A stretch of DNA of 55,820 nt from Macrostomum lignano (taxonomy: Eukaryota), in the NCBI GenBank assembly GCA_002269645.1, contig NIVC01002650.1, positions 1-55,820 of the forward strand, given 5' to 3'. Numbering within the stretch: position 1 is the stretch's first letter; every line of letters begins with the position of its first letter. The translations under genes were made by a program, and so were the position numbers. Below are positions 1-19,494 of the stretch, in pieces. The notes beneath the pieces were generated by a model. That model was not told where the DNA came from. It ran no database searches and was given only the letters and a program-made list of their open reading frames with translations.

Positions 1-605
1 CGGAAAGCCTTTTTCCGCATCCCCGGTCCTCCAGCTGAATTCAGCTACACTGGTACACTGTGTGAAGTCGCGTTAGCTGAAGCTGCCAAGCTACACAGTA
101 AAGATTCTGCATCGCGCATGCAGAAAAACTGAACTTACATGGTACCAGTGAGAGGATTTCTGCCACGGTTCCGTCCACTCTATTGGGAAATATTCTTTTT
201 GCTTAAGATAAAGTCAACTTCAATATTTCTCTGCTTCTTTGGTTTGTTCTTTCCTGTCTCGGTATAAATTTTACATTGGTGCTTAAACACAAAGAATTAT
301 TAAACTTTCATTGCTTTCTGTTAGCCTCGAGGGCTTCCACTCTTCATTACAAGCCTTTCAAAGTCTTCTGTCGATGAGTGGTGATTCAATTCAGTCCTGT
401 ATTATATAGAATTTATAGCCCGTCCTTTTTAATAATTCTTAAGCTGTGCTTCACTAGCTTTCATGAATTAATTCAATGGTAAGCAACTATTATGGGATGC
501 TTTACAATTACAAACTGGCAAACAGCCAATTAAGGACATCGTGTCACTCAGGAGGGACATCAAGTTCAGTCAAGAGGCAACCATGCATTCATAAAGGACA
601 TCGTG

Positions 606-2126
606 TCAGTCAGAATTGCCTCGCGAACCATCCCGACGCAGAAGCAGCGCAATCAGTAGCATCAAGATGAGGCCAAGGAAGCTGAGAAAGGCCATCGTGG
701 CGCAAATAATCTTGCCAGCATCGCCGGCTGCCCAGCCTGTGCCGTCGTCTCCGACGTGCCCGTCTGAGCTGCCTCCTTGGCCGCCGCCGCTGCCGCCGAA
801 GGCGCCGGCCGCTTCGCAGCTCCAGCTGTCGCCGCAGACTCGGCGCAGGCTCCGATTCCAGTCTGGCGGCAGGTTGGCCGGCGTCTCGCTGCTGCACTCC
901 TCGGCATCGTTACTGCTCAGCCGCTCGCTGGTCACGGATCCAGTGGTTGAGTCATCAGGGCCATTTCGTGCAGGCTGAGCATGGGCAAGTCGCTCTTTGT
1001 CATCGTTATGGCTGACTGGCTTTTGTCTGCGTTTAGTCTGTTAGCGGAATACAATTCGGTCATCAGCAGCCGGTTAACTCCAGTCAGAGACGTGGATCAT
1101 AATCCTGTGCTGTGAGACGTTGCTGGCAAATATGCACATTTACATTACATCGGCCGATAACGACGTCATACCTCGGCCGAACGTCGGTGCAATGTAAAAG
1201 TACGTATCTATCAGCGACGTCGTTAGACGTCGGAAACGTCGGTCGACGTTATCGACGTCGAATAAATGTAATTAACTATAAAGTGAGCAAGAATAAAATG
1301 AATTCATAAAGCTTACCTTTGCACCTTGAAGCAGAGTTCATTAGCTTATGCACGGCGGTTAATGCACTTGACTAATATACAGATCAAGCTGGTGCAGAAG
1401 GGACTCTAATTGAGCAGTTCTCATGCGCACTCATGAGCATGCAATGAGCAGATCTAGAGGAAAGCAAATAGCAATTAATGATTACACGAGTCTATCCGAC
1501 AATGGAATACAGCCAATGGCCAAGCTCGACTGCCGATCATGCAGTTCGAATCAGATTGCTCGAGCGCGAACGAGGCCGATCTCCTCTCCTCCTCTCTCCT
1601 CTCCGGGGTCCCTAATCTCCTTTGCATGGCTGCGCCTGTGCTGCTACTTAATTCCAGATAAGAATTGTCAAATCCGATGCGCTGGGGCGGCAACTATTTG
1701 ATCTACGGCGTTAATCCGTCCGCGCTTTCAATGCTCTCGTGTCGGCTTGTGTTTGGTATTAAAAAACCCTGATTTTACCACTGCTACACATGTACCAGCT
1801 CGTATCTGCAAATTTTCGGTTTTATCTGCTGGCCTTCTGAAAAGTTCCATTTCCAGAATCATGACAAGTGCGAACGTAAAATATTTTTACTCACTTGGTG
1901 TCGGGCTTGTCCCTGCGGCTGCTAAGCTTACCTACTCACTTGGTGTCCGGGCTTGCTCCCTGCGGCTGCTAAGCTTACCTACTCACTTGGTGTCCGGGCT
2001 TGCTCCCTGCGGCTGCTAAGCTTACCTACTCACTTGGTGTCCGGGCTTGCTCCTGCGGCTGCTAAGCTTACCTACTCACTTGGTGTCCGGGCTTGCTCCC
2101 TGCGGCTGCTAAGCTTACGTCTTCAA
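606..2126 (-). CDS. Partial single-pass membrane protein of unknown family (exons about 2126-2080 and 1037-606)
   Basis: The frame is open from the acceptor ctaacag| at 1037 to TGA at 606. It encodes a Gly/Ser-rich stalk and a hydrophobic segment (IICATMAFLSFLGLILMLLIALLL) followed by RR. A 47-nt exon at 2126-2080 (ctaatctaacag| ... CAA|gtgagt) is phase-compatible. The start codon and any downstream exons are unresolved. Confidence 0.45.
1887..2118. repeat. 47-bp tandem repeat (about 5 copies) made from an exon end plus splice donor
   Basis: Unit ttacctactcacttggtgtccgggcttgctccctgcggctgctaagc. On the minus strand each copy reads ...CACCAA|GTGAGTAG|GTAAGC. Confidence 0.9.
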
Positions 2127-2669
2127 CTGTTAGATTAGGAAGAGGTGCAAATTTTTATCCAGTTGTGTTGCACCAGCATGACACAAGACACACAACACAA
2201 GGTAACCTGGGCTGGGCCATTATCGTAATAATCGCTTCATCAATATAAAGGCTGCGCGTGAGAAGCACAACAGGTTCGCAAAGAACTCTGAGCATGTTTG
2301 TTATCTATAAAACTATGATTGAAAAGCAGTACAGGTACTTGAAATGCCCAAAGTGCTTTAGAAATAATTTAAACTAACAAGCAGTTTCGAATTAGATTTC
2401 CACTAGAAAAAGGCATTAGTATAAACGATTAATAATTCAGCTGTATTTATGATAGAACGGTTTCGTACATGTACATAATAATTATGAGCATATTAAGACA
2501 CAAACTGAAGACTGCTATGCTGATTAAATGAGCATTAATAAAAGCGTATAGAAATGCAAAAAAGCTTGTACTTTTAGTCTCGCGAATCCAGTGTCGATTA
2601 AACTAGCTATTTTATTTACAAATCGATAAATCGATAACAAAATATTGATCAGAGTTGAATCTGGATCTT

Positions 2670-5560
2670 TCAGGCCTTCCCGACTGTTCTCTGCCGCGGC
2701 CCCGTGACTGAGGGCTCCGCTCCGATCGGCTCCGCCTCTGGCCTGCAAAAAAAACAAAATAAAAAACCTTACTTTTCTCGTTTCAAGTGAATGGCAATAA
2801 TAGAGAATATGTACTATAGACGCTACTTTCAATAGAAATAATTTTTTCGAGCTTAACTAAAATAATAATATTACACAGCAGTAGCAGCACACCTACTGAA
2901 GAGCACCGAGGGCAGCAGCACACCTACTGAAGAGCCCTGAGGGAAGCAGCACACCTACTGAAGAGCACCGAGGGCAGCAGCACACCTACTGAAGAGCCCT
3001 GAGGGAAGCAGCACACCTACTGAAGAGCACCGAGGGCAGCAGCACACCTACTGAAGAGCCCTGAGGGAAGCAGCACACCTACTGAAGAGCACCGAGGCAG
3101 CAGCACACCTACTGAAGAGCCCTGAGGGCAGCAGCACACCTACTGAAGAGCACGAGGGCAGCAGCACACCTACTGAAGAGCCCTGAGGGCAGCAGCACAC
3201 CTACTGAAGAGCACGAGGGCAGCAGCACACCTACTGAAGAGCCCTGAGGGCAGCAGCACACCTACTGAAGAGCACCGAGGGCAGCAGCACACCTACTGAA
3301 GAGCCCTGAGGGCAGCAGCACACCTACTGAAGAGCCCTGAGGGCAGCAGCACACCTACTGAAGAGCCCTGAGGGCAGCAGCAACCAGCATGGACCCACAC
3401 TCACTCATCGTCAGGCGCGTCCAAATCGACCAGTTCCGGCGGTTCATCGCTGTCGTCATAATAGTCAGCCTCCGCAGCTGCCGGCGCCGCATCATCGACA
3501 AGATCATCATCGTCATCTTCGTCATCCTCATCATCATAATCATAGTCATCGTCTCCGTCTGTTTTCTTTCGCCTAGCCCGAGCGGCGGCGGCGGCGGCCT
3601 TCGAACTTGGGGAGCTCTCGCGCAGACAGCAACAGTAAGCAATGAGTAGCACTAGCGGTAGTACAACTCCAACTAGCAGCGCCGCCCAAATCCACGGCTA
3701 TCGTTGGTGGCATCGCGCACCGCGTCAAAAACAGCCTGCAGAGCCGAGTCCTGTTGGCGCTCAGCCTGGCGCTTTATCGACCAAGTCTGATCGGCGAAGG
3801 AGTCGGCTAGCGGCTTGCGATCGACTATCAGCAAATTGTCAAATGCGACGCCTTCAGTCACGGACCAGAGCTCAAAGCCGATGGCACCAATGGGTGAAAA
3901 TTTCCAAGGCTGCTTGTCCACGAACCCATCCGCATTGGCAATCCGGCGGGGTCGCCAGGCGCCTCTGTAGGCCGGATTGTCCACCAATGGCGGAGTCCAC
4001 TGGCCACGGTACAGGGGATTCCTCACTTTCGGCCGAGTCCATGGCCCGCAGCCGGGCGCGTTTTGCACCTTGGAATTCAAAGTGTGAGTGGGTAGGGCAC
4101 TTTCTGATAGTTGAGAGGTAGAGGCGCCCCTGAAGTAGCTGAGGGTGTAGAGGGGCTCTCTGAAGTAGCTGAGGGTGTAGAGGTGCTCTCTGAAGTAGCT
4201 GAGGGGGTAGAGGTGCCCCCTGAAGTAGCTGAGGGTGTAGAGGGGCTCTCTGAAGTAGCTGAGGGTGTAGAGGTGCCCCCTGAAGTAGCTGAGGGTGTAG
4301 AGGTGCTCTCTGAAGTAGCTGAGGGGGTAGAGGTGCCCTCTGAAGTAGCTGAGGGTGTAGAGGTGCCCCCTGAAGCAGCTGAGGGTGTAGAGGTGCCCTC
4401 TGAAGTAGCTGAGGGTGTAGAGGTGCTCTCTGAAGTAGCTGAGGGGGTAGAGGTGCCCTAAAAGAGTAGCATGAAGAGCACGCATTCACCGGCCTCTCAC
4501 TTGGGATTTTCGATGTGCGCCGGCTGCCAGGCTCCGTCGATGTCGTCATCCCAGTCGGCCGGCTTTTTAGCCGTCGTGTCGGGCACGGTCGGCGGCTCGT
4601 CCAGCAGCCAGCCGGCCGGCACGCTGGCCTGGGCATCGTCGATGAACTCCGACTGCGACTCGTCCCAGTCGGCCGGCCGGACAGCTTTGGGATCTGGGAT
4701 TTTTTCTCGATCATCCCAATCGGCCGGCTTCTGGTCGGTGGAATCGTCCGCATCCGGCGGAGGATTCACTGGCGGCTGGAGGTCCTCCAGAAGGCTGCCA
4801 TTGTTAACTAGCACTTGATCGATATACACTTGGAAACTGTTGTCCGAGCTGACAACCAGAGTGTACAGGTGAGTTCGCTTGTCATTGAAGTAGGCGCTCA
4901 AATCTACTTGAGGCTTTCTGGCGTGTTTCTCTTCTACATTGCCGGTTGCTGGGCAGCGGTGGCGCAGTATAAAGTGCAGCTTGTGCTCCGGGCCGCATTT
5001 GTCAGGCCCGAACATGATAGTGTAGGCTGTCCTGTCAGTGAACTCTGTCAGGTTAAGGCTGGGACTGTCAGTCAGCAGTTTCAGATAGGCGCCGCCGCAC
5101 TCCATGCCGTGCTGGAATTTCACATCGTACTGCAGAACAAATTGCTTGTCGGCTGGTCGAACACAAATGGCCGGTCGAGCTTGGCCGAGATGGCGTAGTG
5201 CTTTGCTGGACTCTTCATCACGAGAGCGTAGTCGCCCTCGATGGCAGAGCTATCCGGCACCTCTACGGACCACTGGCCATCGTACTTGTCTGCCAGCTCA
5301 TCAGAGTCCTTCTTTGACTGGGACAGAACTAGACCATGGTCGGCTGGACTTCCTGGGCCGGGAAAATACTGCGCATAATATGCACCATCTGGTAGCTTTG
5401 GTGGAGCGAATCTTGGCTTGGAGCCTACTGCGGTGGCTGGAGTCGGCTGTCCACTAGCTTTAAAATTATCAGCCTTGTTGATTTTGGTTTCAGGCTTATG
5501 AGCATGCAGATGAGTACAGAACAAGTAGAGTAGTGCAATAATTGAGTTGTGCCACTTCAT
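2670..5560 (-). CDS. CANX: Calnexin (exons 5560-4501, 4068-3405, 2742-2670), with three apparent -1 frameshifts near 5151, 4062 and 3698
   Basis: Signal peptide MKWHNSIIALLYLFC. Lectin motifs YDVKFQHGMECGGAYLKL and IMFGPDKCG. P-domain repeats KPADWDD, NAPGCGPW and NPAYRGAWRPRRIAN, followed by IGFELWS. TM segment PWIWAALLVGVVLPLVLLIAYCCC, then an acidic tail ending GPRQRTVGKA*. GT-AG junctions are phase-consistent. Confidence 0.95.
2884..3381. repeat. 31-bp minisatellite (about 16 copies) filling calnexin intron 2
   Basis: Unit cagcacacctactgaagagc(acc/cct)gaggg(c/a)ag. Confidence 0.95.
4128..4460. repeat. 30-bp minisatellite (about 11 copies) filling calnexin intron 1
   Basis: Unit gaagtagctgagggtgtagaggtgccctct. 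It generates spurious repetitive ORFs. Confidence 0.95.
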
Positions 5561-6262
5561 TGCCAAGTTTGGATGATCAACTTCACTGTCAATAAATTCT
5601 GGAGAAAGGCAAAGATGGAATGAATGCTTTTAATATTAAAAACCGAAGTATATAAAATGGTATGTTATGTACTTGAAATATGAGTTTTTCAATAGAAATC
5701 AGTAATATATTTGTTTTATCTATTTAAATATTTAAAAAATATGACTAATACAACACTTACAGTATCATATAGCTATTTCATTTCTATGTTAGCACATATT
5801 TTGATGGAATGATTTGTTCAATTGATATAGTCTATAATATTAGTTATTAGTTAATATTGAAAAAATATTCAATTATTAAATTTATAAATTATATAAAATT
5901 ATGTCATCTTATTTTAACATTTCAAAAGTTTGTGACTACAAATTTTAGAGGTTTAGGTATAAAAGGTACCAAAGCCCGAAGTGTATAATGTTAACTGATA
6001 GACACTCTACCCATCACATCAGATCATTGTATTTGTCTGCTGTAAATTGTAGACAATTGTTGCCAACCCAACTGCAGACACGCGATCAAAAACCAAAAAG
6101 GATTTTTTCGCCTAGCAGGCCGAGGTGTGATTTGCTTGATCTCCTTTCCCAAAAACATAAAGTGGTGAAGATTTTGTATCAGTAAAAGATAATGTATTTT
6201 AGATAACTAAATGTGTCATTGACTCATTACAGTAGCCGTTTATTGTAGTCTTAAATTACTAG

Positions 6263-6311
6263 GGGGTTCCAGCAGGGGGTTCCAGCAGGGGGTTCCAGCA
6301 GGGGTTCCAGG
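6263..6311. repeat. 13-bp tandem repeat (about 4 copies)
   Basis: gggggttccagca repeated. The same core occurs in the 19.5-20.7 kb array. Confidence 0.8.
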
Positions 6312-7140
6312 AAAAAAAGCGAAAAATTCAGTAATGTTAAAATTTGTGATCTAAGCTTTTACGCTGCTAGTTAAAAGCCATTTACTTAATTTATACACAT
6401 TTTGTTTTCTTAAGACTGAGGCACATAATATGTTATGCAATATTGTTCTGGTCAATATAACGTTGTTGTTATAACTTGTAGTATAGTTCTAAATCAAATG
6501 TAAAAAAGAAATTACAAAATTGCAATTGCTAAAATAAGAGTTCGACGAAGGTTAGTTCAGCATCAAATTCTATGCTTTCATGTTTGTAGAGCTTATACAT
6601 GATGCTATGGTAAGGAAATTATTGTCGGCGTAGAAGTCGGTTCTGTCCAGATCATGTCTAATATACTGCTTCCACTTATCCTTAGGCCTATCTTCATGTG
6701 TACATTATGTACATGCATTAGGGGCTTTTAGGGCTATCCCACTTTTACCTTTAGTCTACCTACTACTACCTAGTACCTAAGGCCTAGGCTAGGCCTATGC
6801 TATGGATGGCTATGTGTATAAAATTTTGTTATAGTGGGACCCTTTCTATTTAAATTTTGTAGGCTTGTAGGTCTTTGTTAATTTTTAAATCTATTTTAGG
6901 CCCTATTAATAATTTTATAGCATTCCTAGTGCTAATCCACTCTCCCCAAGATGCTGTTTCTCCACAAATTTGTGGCATGCATGAGGGTTTTTGGCCCCTG
7001 CACTGCGTGCATTATCACGTGCAGTGAGACTTCATGCACAGTGCATATATAAAATTTTTGTATGCAGCTGTGCCATAGCCTCATAGGCCTAGTCTCAAAG
7101 ATGTTCCATGCATGCAACCCATGGTCAGGAAGGTGCAGCG

Positions 7141-7680
7141 TGTGCGCCGGAATAACATCCATCAAAATTTTTGTTGTGCCCGCGTGCGCCGAGAAAAAAA
7201 AATTACTTGTGCGCCGCGTGCGCCGAGAAAAAAAAATTACTTGTGCGCCATGCGCCAAGAAAAATACACTTGAAAAAGCACCATCAAGTATTAAGTATCT
7301 AAATTGAATCAATATCAATGGAAGTTCAAGCAGTTCAATCATAGCTTCTATTTGCAAAATATAAGCAAAAAGATGCAACAAAAGCCGCGAAAGGCGCAAA
7401 TTTGTTAAGTTTGTTAAGTCGATTAATGAAATTTGAAATAGAAACAACATTGGAAATAACGACTATCGTATCGACTATCGTTTATTTTATTAATTGATTG
7501 ACATTTAATATACAATATCATTATTATATTGTCACGTACACTGACGTACCTTGTGCGCCATGCGCCGAGCCATGCACCAATGCACCGAGCCATGCGCCGA
7601 TGCGCCGAACCCATGCGCGCGGCGCAGTGAAGTGTGCGCCGTGCGCCGGCAAATTGCTGATTTGCACCGGAAAATTCCGA
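7141..7680. repeat. TGCGCC/TGCACC-motif-rich repeat, probably a decayed non-autonomous element
   Basis: Two clusters of tgcgccg/tgcgcca motifs (7141-7260 and 7550-7650), including a duplicated gtgcgccgagaaaaaaaaattactt. No termini were identified. Confidence 0.4.
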
Positions 7681-7739
7681 GGATTCTACCGTCTTCCTGG
7701 CTGTGGCATGCAACAAAACTTTTTGACTCTATGGCCTAT

Positions 7740-8768
7740 GCCACATGCTGAGATTATTTGGAAATATCATGTGCACTGCATGCTGCATAGGCCTACCTAA
7801 GGCCTTATTTGCATTGTGCACCATATGTGAAGCATTGACTAGGAGGAAAGGGTTGAAAGTGAAAATGTGCTCATATTTTAATAACCACTTTGCTCTCATG
7901 CTTATATAAATGCAGCGAAGCCTATTTAAACAAATTAAATATTTTTTATTGATTGGATTACTTTTTTGTCTTTTTCTGCTACAAAGTAACAAAAAAAGCT
8001 ATTATATTATAATTATTTAACAAAAATTTTATAATTAAAATATCAAAAATAATAATTAGAATCAAGATTTTACCAATTAAATTTTTCATAGTCTAGCTAA
8101 ATCCAAACCTTTAATTTTATTTTCAAATCTATTTTGCATGTGGCTAATAAGCCTTAAAGCCTTAAAAAATTTCCTGTTAACCTTCTAACTAGTGTTCTAT
8201 TATAAGGAGGGTCTATGTGCCATAGCCATAGCCATAAGCAAAATATATGGCTTATTCCAATTCCAATTCTCTATATTCCTTAGCTAGCTGTAGGGACCCC
8301 AATATTACCATATTCCTATATCTAAGTCTATAATACAGTTTACTAAAGTATTTTTGTTTTATTCTACCTGTTTCTAATATTTTTTTAAATTAACAACTAT
8401 GGCTATATGAATCTACAGAATATGACATCAACTACCATATTTCTATAGTTGTAGCTATAAGAGCAGCATATCTACCAAAGGCAATCCATAATTGCTATAA
8501 GCACCTATTTTACCATAGGCCCCCCTTATTTGTATGCCGCATGCTAAGATTATTTGGAAATATCATATGCACTGCATGCCACATAGGCCTACCTAAGGCC
8601 TTATCTGCATCGTGCGCCATATGTAAAGCATTGACTAGGAGGAAGGGGTTGAAAATGAAAATGTGCTCATATTTTAAAAACCACTTTGCTCTCATGCTTA
8701 TATAAATGCAGCAAAGCCTATTTAAACAAATTAAATATTTTCCATTGATTGGATTACTTTTTTGTCTT
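7740..8768. repeat. About 230-bp dispersed direct repeat (7740-7970 and 8536-8768)
   Basis: Both copies read gattatttggaaatatcat...taggcctacctaaggccttat...gattggattacttttttgtc, with scattered substitutions. Confidence 0.85.
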
Positions 8769-10080
8769 ATTTGCCAAAGGATCCCATAGCTATAGCATTA
8801 GCATTTTAGCAATTCTCCCTAAGAGTCATTATAGCATTATAGCAATCTCTTCCAAGCTTTGACAGTGCAGCAATTCCCAAATGAATCTCTTAACTTCAAC
8901 ATGACACTTTTTCTATCAATGACCCCCCTTATAAAGAGCCAACAAATAATGTAATTAAAAGTTTTGAATAAACTACATTTACTGTAGCTTCTGACTTTAG
9001 CCTTGATATCTTAGTTATTCTCCCATAAGCTATGTATAGCTATATACCTTGGGCCTAGCCTTAGGAAAAAGTAATTTAGTAAATCCAATGTTAATAGGCA
9101 AAATATAAATTTTACAAATTTTAAAAACAAAAAACAAATAAGGATTTTTTAAACTTTAATTTATAGTGAGGCCTAAGCTAAAAATATTTGTTTTAATATT
9201 GATTATTAATAACTTAGTTTTAACATAATATCAAAATTTACCTATATCTATGATAACTATATCTAATTAATTAACTTTAGTCCCTGCTAAACAAACCATA
9301 ATATGCATTTGGTATAAAAAGTAAAGTAAAGAAAAGTAAATAGTACAATAAAATGTAAATTTTCTTAAATCTGATTGATCCTAATGACTGTATAAGTAGG
9401 ATTTAGAGCTCCTTTTGTATAGGAAATGAAAATATCTATCTTAACTTAAACCTTTTAGTATATAACCCCAACCACACAATATACATATATAGAGCTTTGT
9501 TGTTTTTTAGTCTTTGACCTTAAGATATTTAAAAGCTCTCCTTATCTTTCTATTAAAAGTGAAAACATAACTTTAGCTCCCTTCAATATATAAGTTCTAA
9601 GAAATTTGATAGGATAAAAAACCTGTCTTTGGAAAGATTCCAATATCTTCCTACCTCTAGCCAAAAGTATCTTGACCCCTTAAAATAGCTAACTATCAAT
9701 ATTTCATATCTTTACTATGTCTACTTTAGTCATTAAAATATAAAGTTAGTCATTTGATCACTCAAATAACCTCATTCAGTCAATATGATCTCAAGGAATG
9801 CTAGATGGTTTTATCCCCTTGTATATTGTAGCCTTCATAGAACTTCCTAGAGTATTGTATTTTAGTCCTTTATCTTAACTAATTAATTTATATACTGGCT
9901 ATGGACATTTGCAATTGCATGAATGTCAATACCCACTGCATTGAATAAACAGGCAATTACCAGAGATTATATAATGCTAATTTATCATATCCATGCATGC
10001 TTAATCATATCTAAACTTGTTTTGCCAATCAAAAATAGCATTGAAAAAGCTTTCCCTATCAGTGAAACTGCACACAATAG

Positions 10081-16826
<6,746 letters not shown>

Positions 16827-17036
16827 CCAAGTTGCTTATATGTTCAGTAATTTTGTTTATCTATTTATGAGTAGTCTGTTGTGCCACATCCTGTGTGTCT
16901 CGTTGCGTAAGTTTTCTCTTGGAGCCGAAATTCTGCTGGTTAAGGGAGGGGCTTTTTGGGGCTTGATTCTAACGTAATAGTTTTTAATTCAGTTTCTTCT
17001 AAGTTGTCGGGTTATGTATCCGTGATAATTGTCGCC

Positions 17037-17472
17037 GTATCCATGGCAACTATCTCTGTATCAATGGTAACAATCTGGTATCCGTGTAAAAAGAGAACAT
17101 TTCAACCGTAACCTACAGTCTCCGTAACCATGGTAACAGTCCTGTATCTCTGGTAACAAGCTTCATATCCATGGTAACAAGCTTCATATCCATGGTAACA
17201 AGCTTCATATCCATGGTAACAAGCTTCATATCCATGGTAACAAGCTTCATATCCATGGTAACAAGCTTCATATCCATGGTAACAGTCCCATCCCGATATC
17301 TATGGTTACAATCTCCGTAACCATGGTATCAGTCCCATCCCCATATCTATGGTTACAATCTCCGTAACCATGGTAGCAGTCCCATCCCGATATCTATGGT
17401 TACAATCTCCGTAACCATGGTAACAGTCCCATCCCCATATCCATGGTTACAATCTCCGTAACCATGGTAACA
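17037..17472. repeat. CCATGGTAAC-core tandem array (21-bp units, then about 48-bp units) 3' of SRP54
   Basis: ccatggtaacaagcttcatat about 6 times, then longer units containing gtaaccatggta(a/t/g)c. Confidence 0.85.
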
Positions 17473-18562
17473 GTTATTAGTCACCATTTTCCTAGTTGAT
17501 GTCAGTATTGTTACGAGAAGAACTCGTGAAAAGTTGTAATATCTGATTGCCTTGAAGCAGAATTTCTTACCCCAGTGGCTAAGATGAAAGAAATGAATTC
17601 TGAGTTCGTTTTGTTTTTTTGTTTAAACTTGCTTCATTGAATTTATTGAAAAGTGGCGTCCTGCTCTCTGTGTCATTTCCTCTTATCTGTGCCCTCCAGC
17701 GTCATTTGATATTGTGTTCTACTAGACTAACTGAACAGTTGCAGGTATTCTGTCTATCCGGAACGGATTTCCGTGGTGAATGGGTTTCGCGAGTCTGTTT
17801 AGAGTATGTATATGCATGTCAGAGAGCCAGCTCTCCGCTGCTTTGCCTATCGTATTTTATTACTTTTTTCATGTGTTTGCCTGCCTACTAATGTAACTGT
17901 AAATGGCTACTGTCAGTAGTGTAGCCGGCGTTCATTCTCTCCTATTTTCGCATACTTGACAATATATATTCATACTACAGAGCATGCCTTCATCAATTGA
18001 GTATGGATTAAGTTTTTTTATGGATTCTGTTAATTATAACTCTAATGTGCTTGTACTACTACTTTCTTGCTGTGCAAACTAAATAGCTTTGTAATCGAGT
18101 GAAATCAAAATTTAACTAATTGCATGGCATAACCATCCAGTTGAAATACTGGCGTGTTTCAATTGACACATTCCCGACACAGTTTCTCTCTGGTTGTGTC
18201 GCCTGTCAACCTGCAATCAATATTCTAGCTACGGTTCTCTGTCTGCTCAGCTTATCTAACTCGCTTTAATTGCCTGCTGGTAGAGATCTCTTGTGCTTTT
18301 CATGTTGGCTCACTAGCTGTCCCCCTGATAGAGAGACTTTTTGCCTTGCCCTGTCCGTGTATTTGTCCTGCTCTCTTGGCGTGATTCAATTATATAATAA
18401 ACTGATTGCTTCATTCTGTTGGCCCTAAAGATTTCTGCTGGATTCGTGGTTGGATAAATGAAAAATGTGATTCTAAGAAAGTGATATTTCTTGTGTTTAT
18501 ATATTTAGGCATTAAACATCCGGGCTCTGCAGCTTTTGACTGCCAGCCACAGTTTCACTGCG

Positions 18563-18998
18563 AACCTAAACCCTACCGCTAAATCCTAACCCTAACCTAA
18601 ACCCTACCCCTAACCTAAGCCCTACCCCTTAACCTAAACCCTACCCCTAACATAAATCCTAACCTAGACCCTACCCGCTAACCTAAATCCTACCAGTAAC
18701 CTAGACGCTACCCCTAACATAAATCCTAACCTAGACCCTACCCCCTAACCTAAATCCTAACTCTAACCTAAACCCTACCCCTAACCTAAGCCCTACCCCT
18801 TAACCTAAACCCTACCCCTAACATACATCCTAACCTAGACCCTACCCGCTAACCTAAATCCTACCAGTAACCTAGACCCTACCCCCTAACCTAAACCCTA
18901 CCCTCTAACCTAAACCCTACCCCCTAACCTAAACCCTAGTTCCTAACCTAAACCCTAATTCCTAACCTAAACCCTACCCCTAACCTAAACCCTACCCG
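18563..18998. repeat. Degenerate interstitial telomere-like array (CCCTAA-related)
   Basis: aacctaaaccctacccct, cctaaccctaacc and aaatcctaacc variants, with ordinary sequence on both sides. Confidence 0.8.
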
Positions 18999-19494
18999 CA
19001 TCCCTGCTACAGATAAATATCGCTGCATCCAGCAGGACTTAATGTACATGCTAAACTTTCAGGCACTAAACTGTGAATTTCTGTTAGTTCGTTGAGGAAC
19101 AAATTTCTCTAATGGCAGTCCCAGTGTGGCAAAGGAAATTGGAATTTTTCTCAGTGCGCAGTTCTAAAATTAGCGGCCGAAGTAAATGCCGAGACAGACA
19201 GTTGTTGATTTTCACAGTTGCAGCGGATCCGCGGAATGCGGCAGCTTGCTTCGGCTAGTTGCCGGCGGTTTAGGAGTGACGGCTCTCCCTCATCTCTCTG
19301 CATGGCTAAAGTTGAATTCTTAGCCTCTGAAGGCTGTCCAAATCCCTCAGGCAGTTCTTGTCAGAAATGTTACTCCTTTGAAGGCGTGCATGCGCTTAAA
19401 CTGTGATTCGGGCAGTCTTTAAAGCCCTCTCCCTGAAACTGCCGAGGAGAGCTAAAATGATAGGATCTGAAATCTACTGAGGGGGTATCAGATA

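Noticed and set aside
1-420. Small minus-strand exons (for example 179-139 with a GTAAGT donor) continuing the membrane-protein gene
   Set aside because: Splice signals are plausible, but frame and linkage cannot be fixed without transcripts.
3673-4753. Repetitive ORFs (LYTLSYFRG, PLHPQLLQ, EVAEGVE) as real repeat proteins
   Set aside because: They are readings of the 30-bp array inside a GT-AG calnexin intron. Calnexin homology resumes on both sides.
7141-7680. TGCGCC cluster as metal-response elements
   Set aside because: Most copies miss the final C of TGCRCNC, and the arrangement looks like transposon subterminal repeats.
18563-18998. True chromosome end
   Set aside because: The repeats are degenerate and flanked by long unique and genic sequence on both sides.
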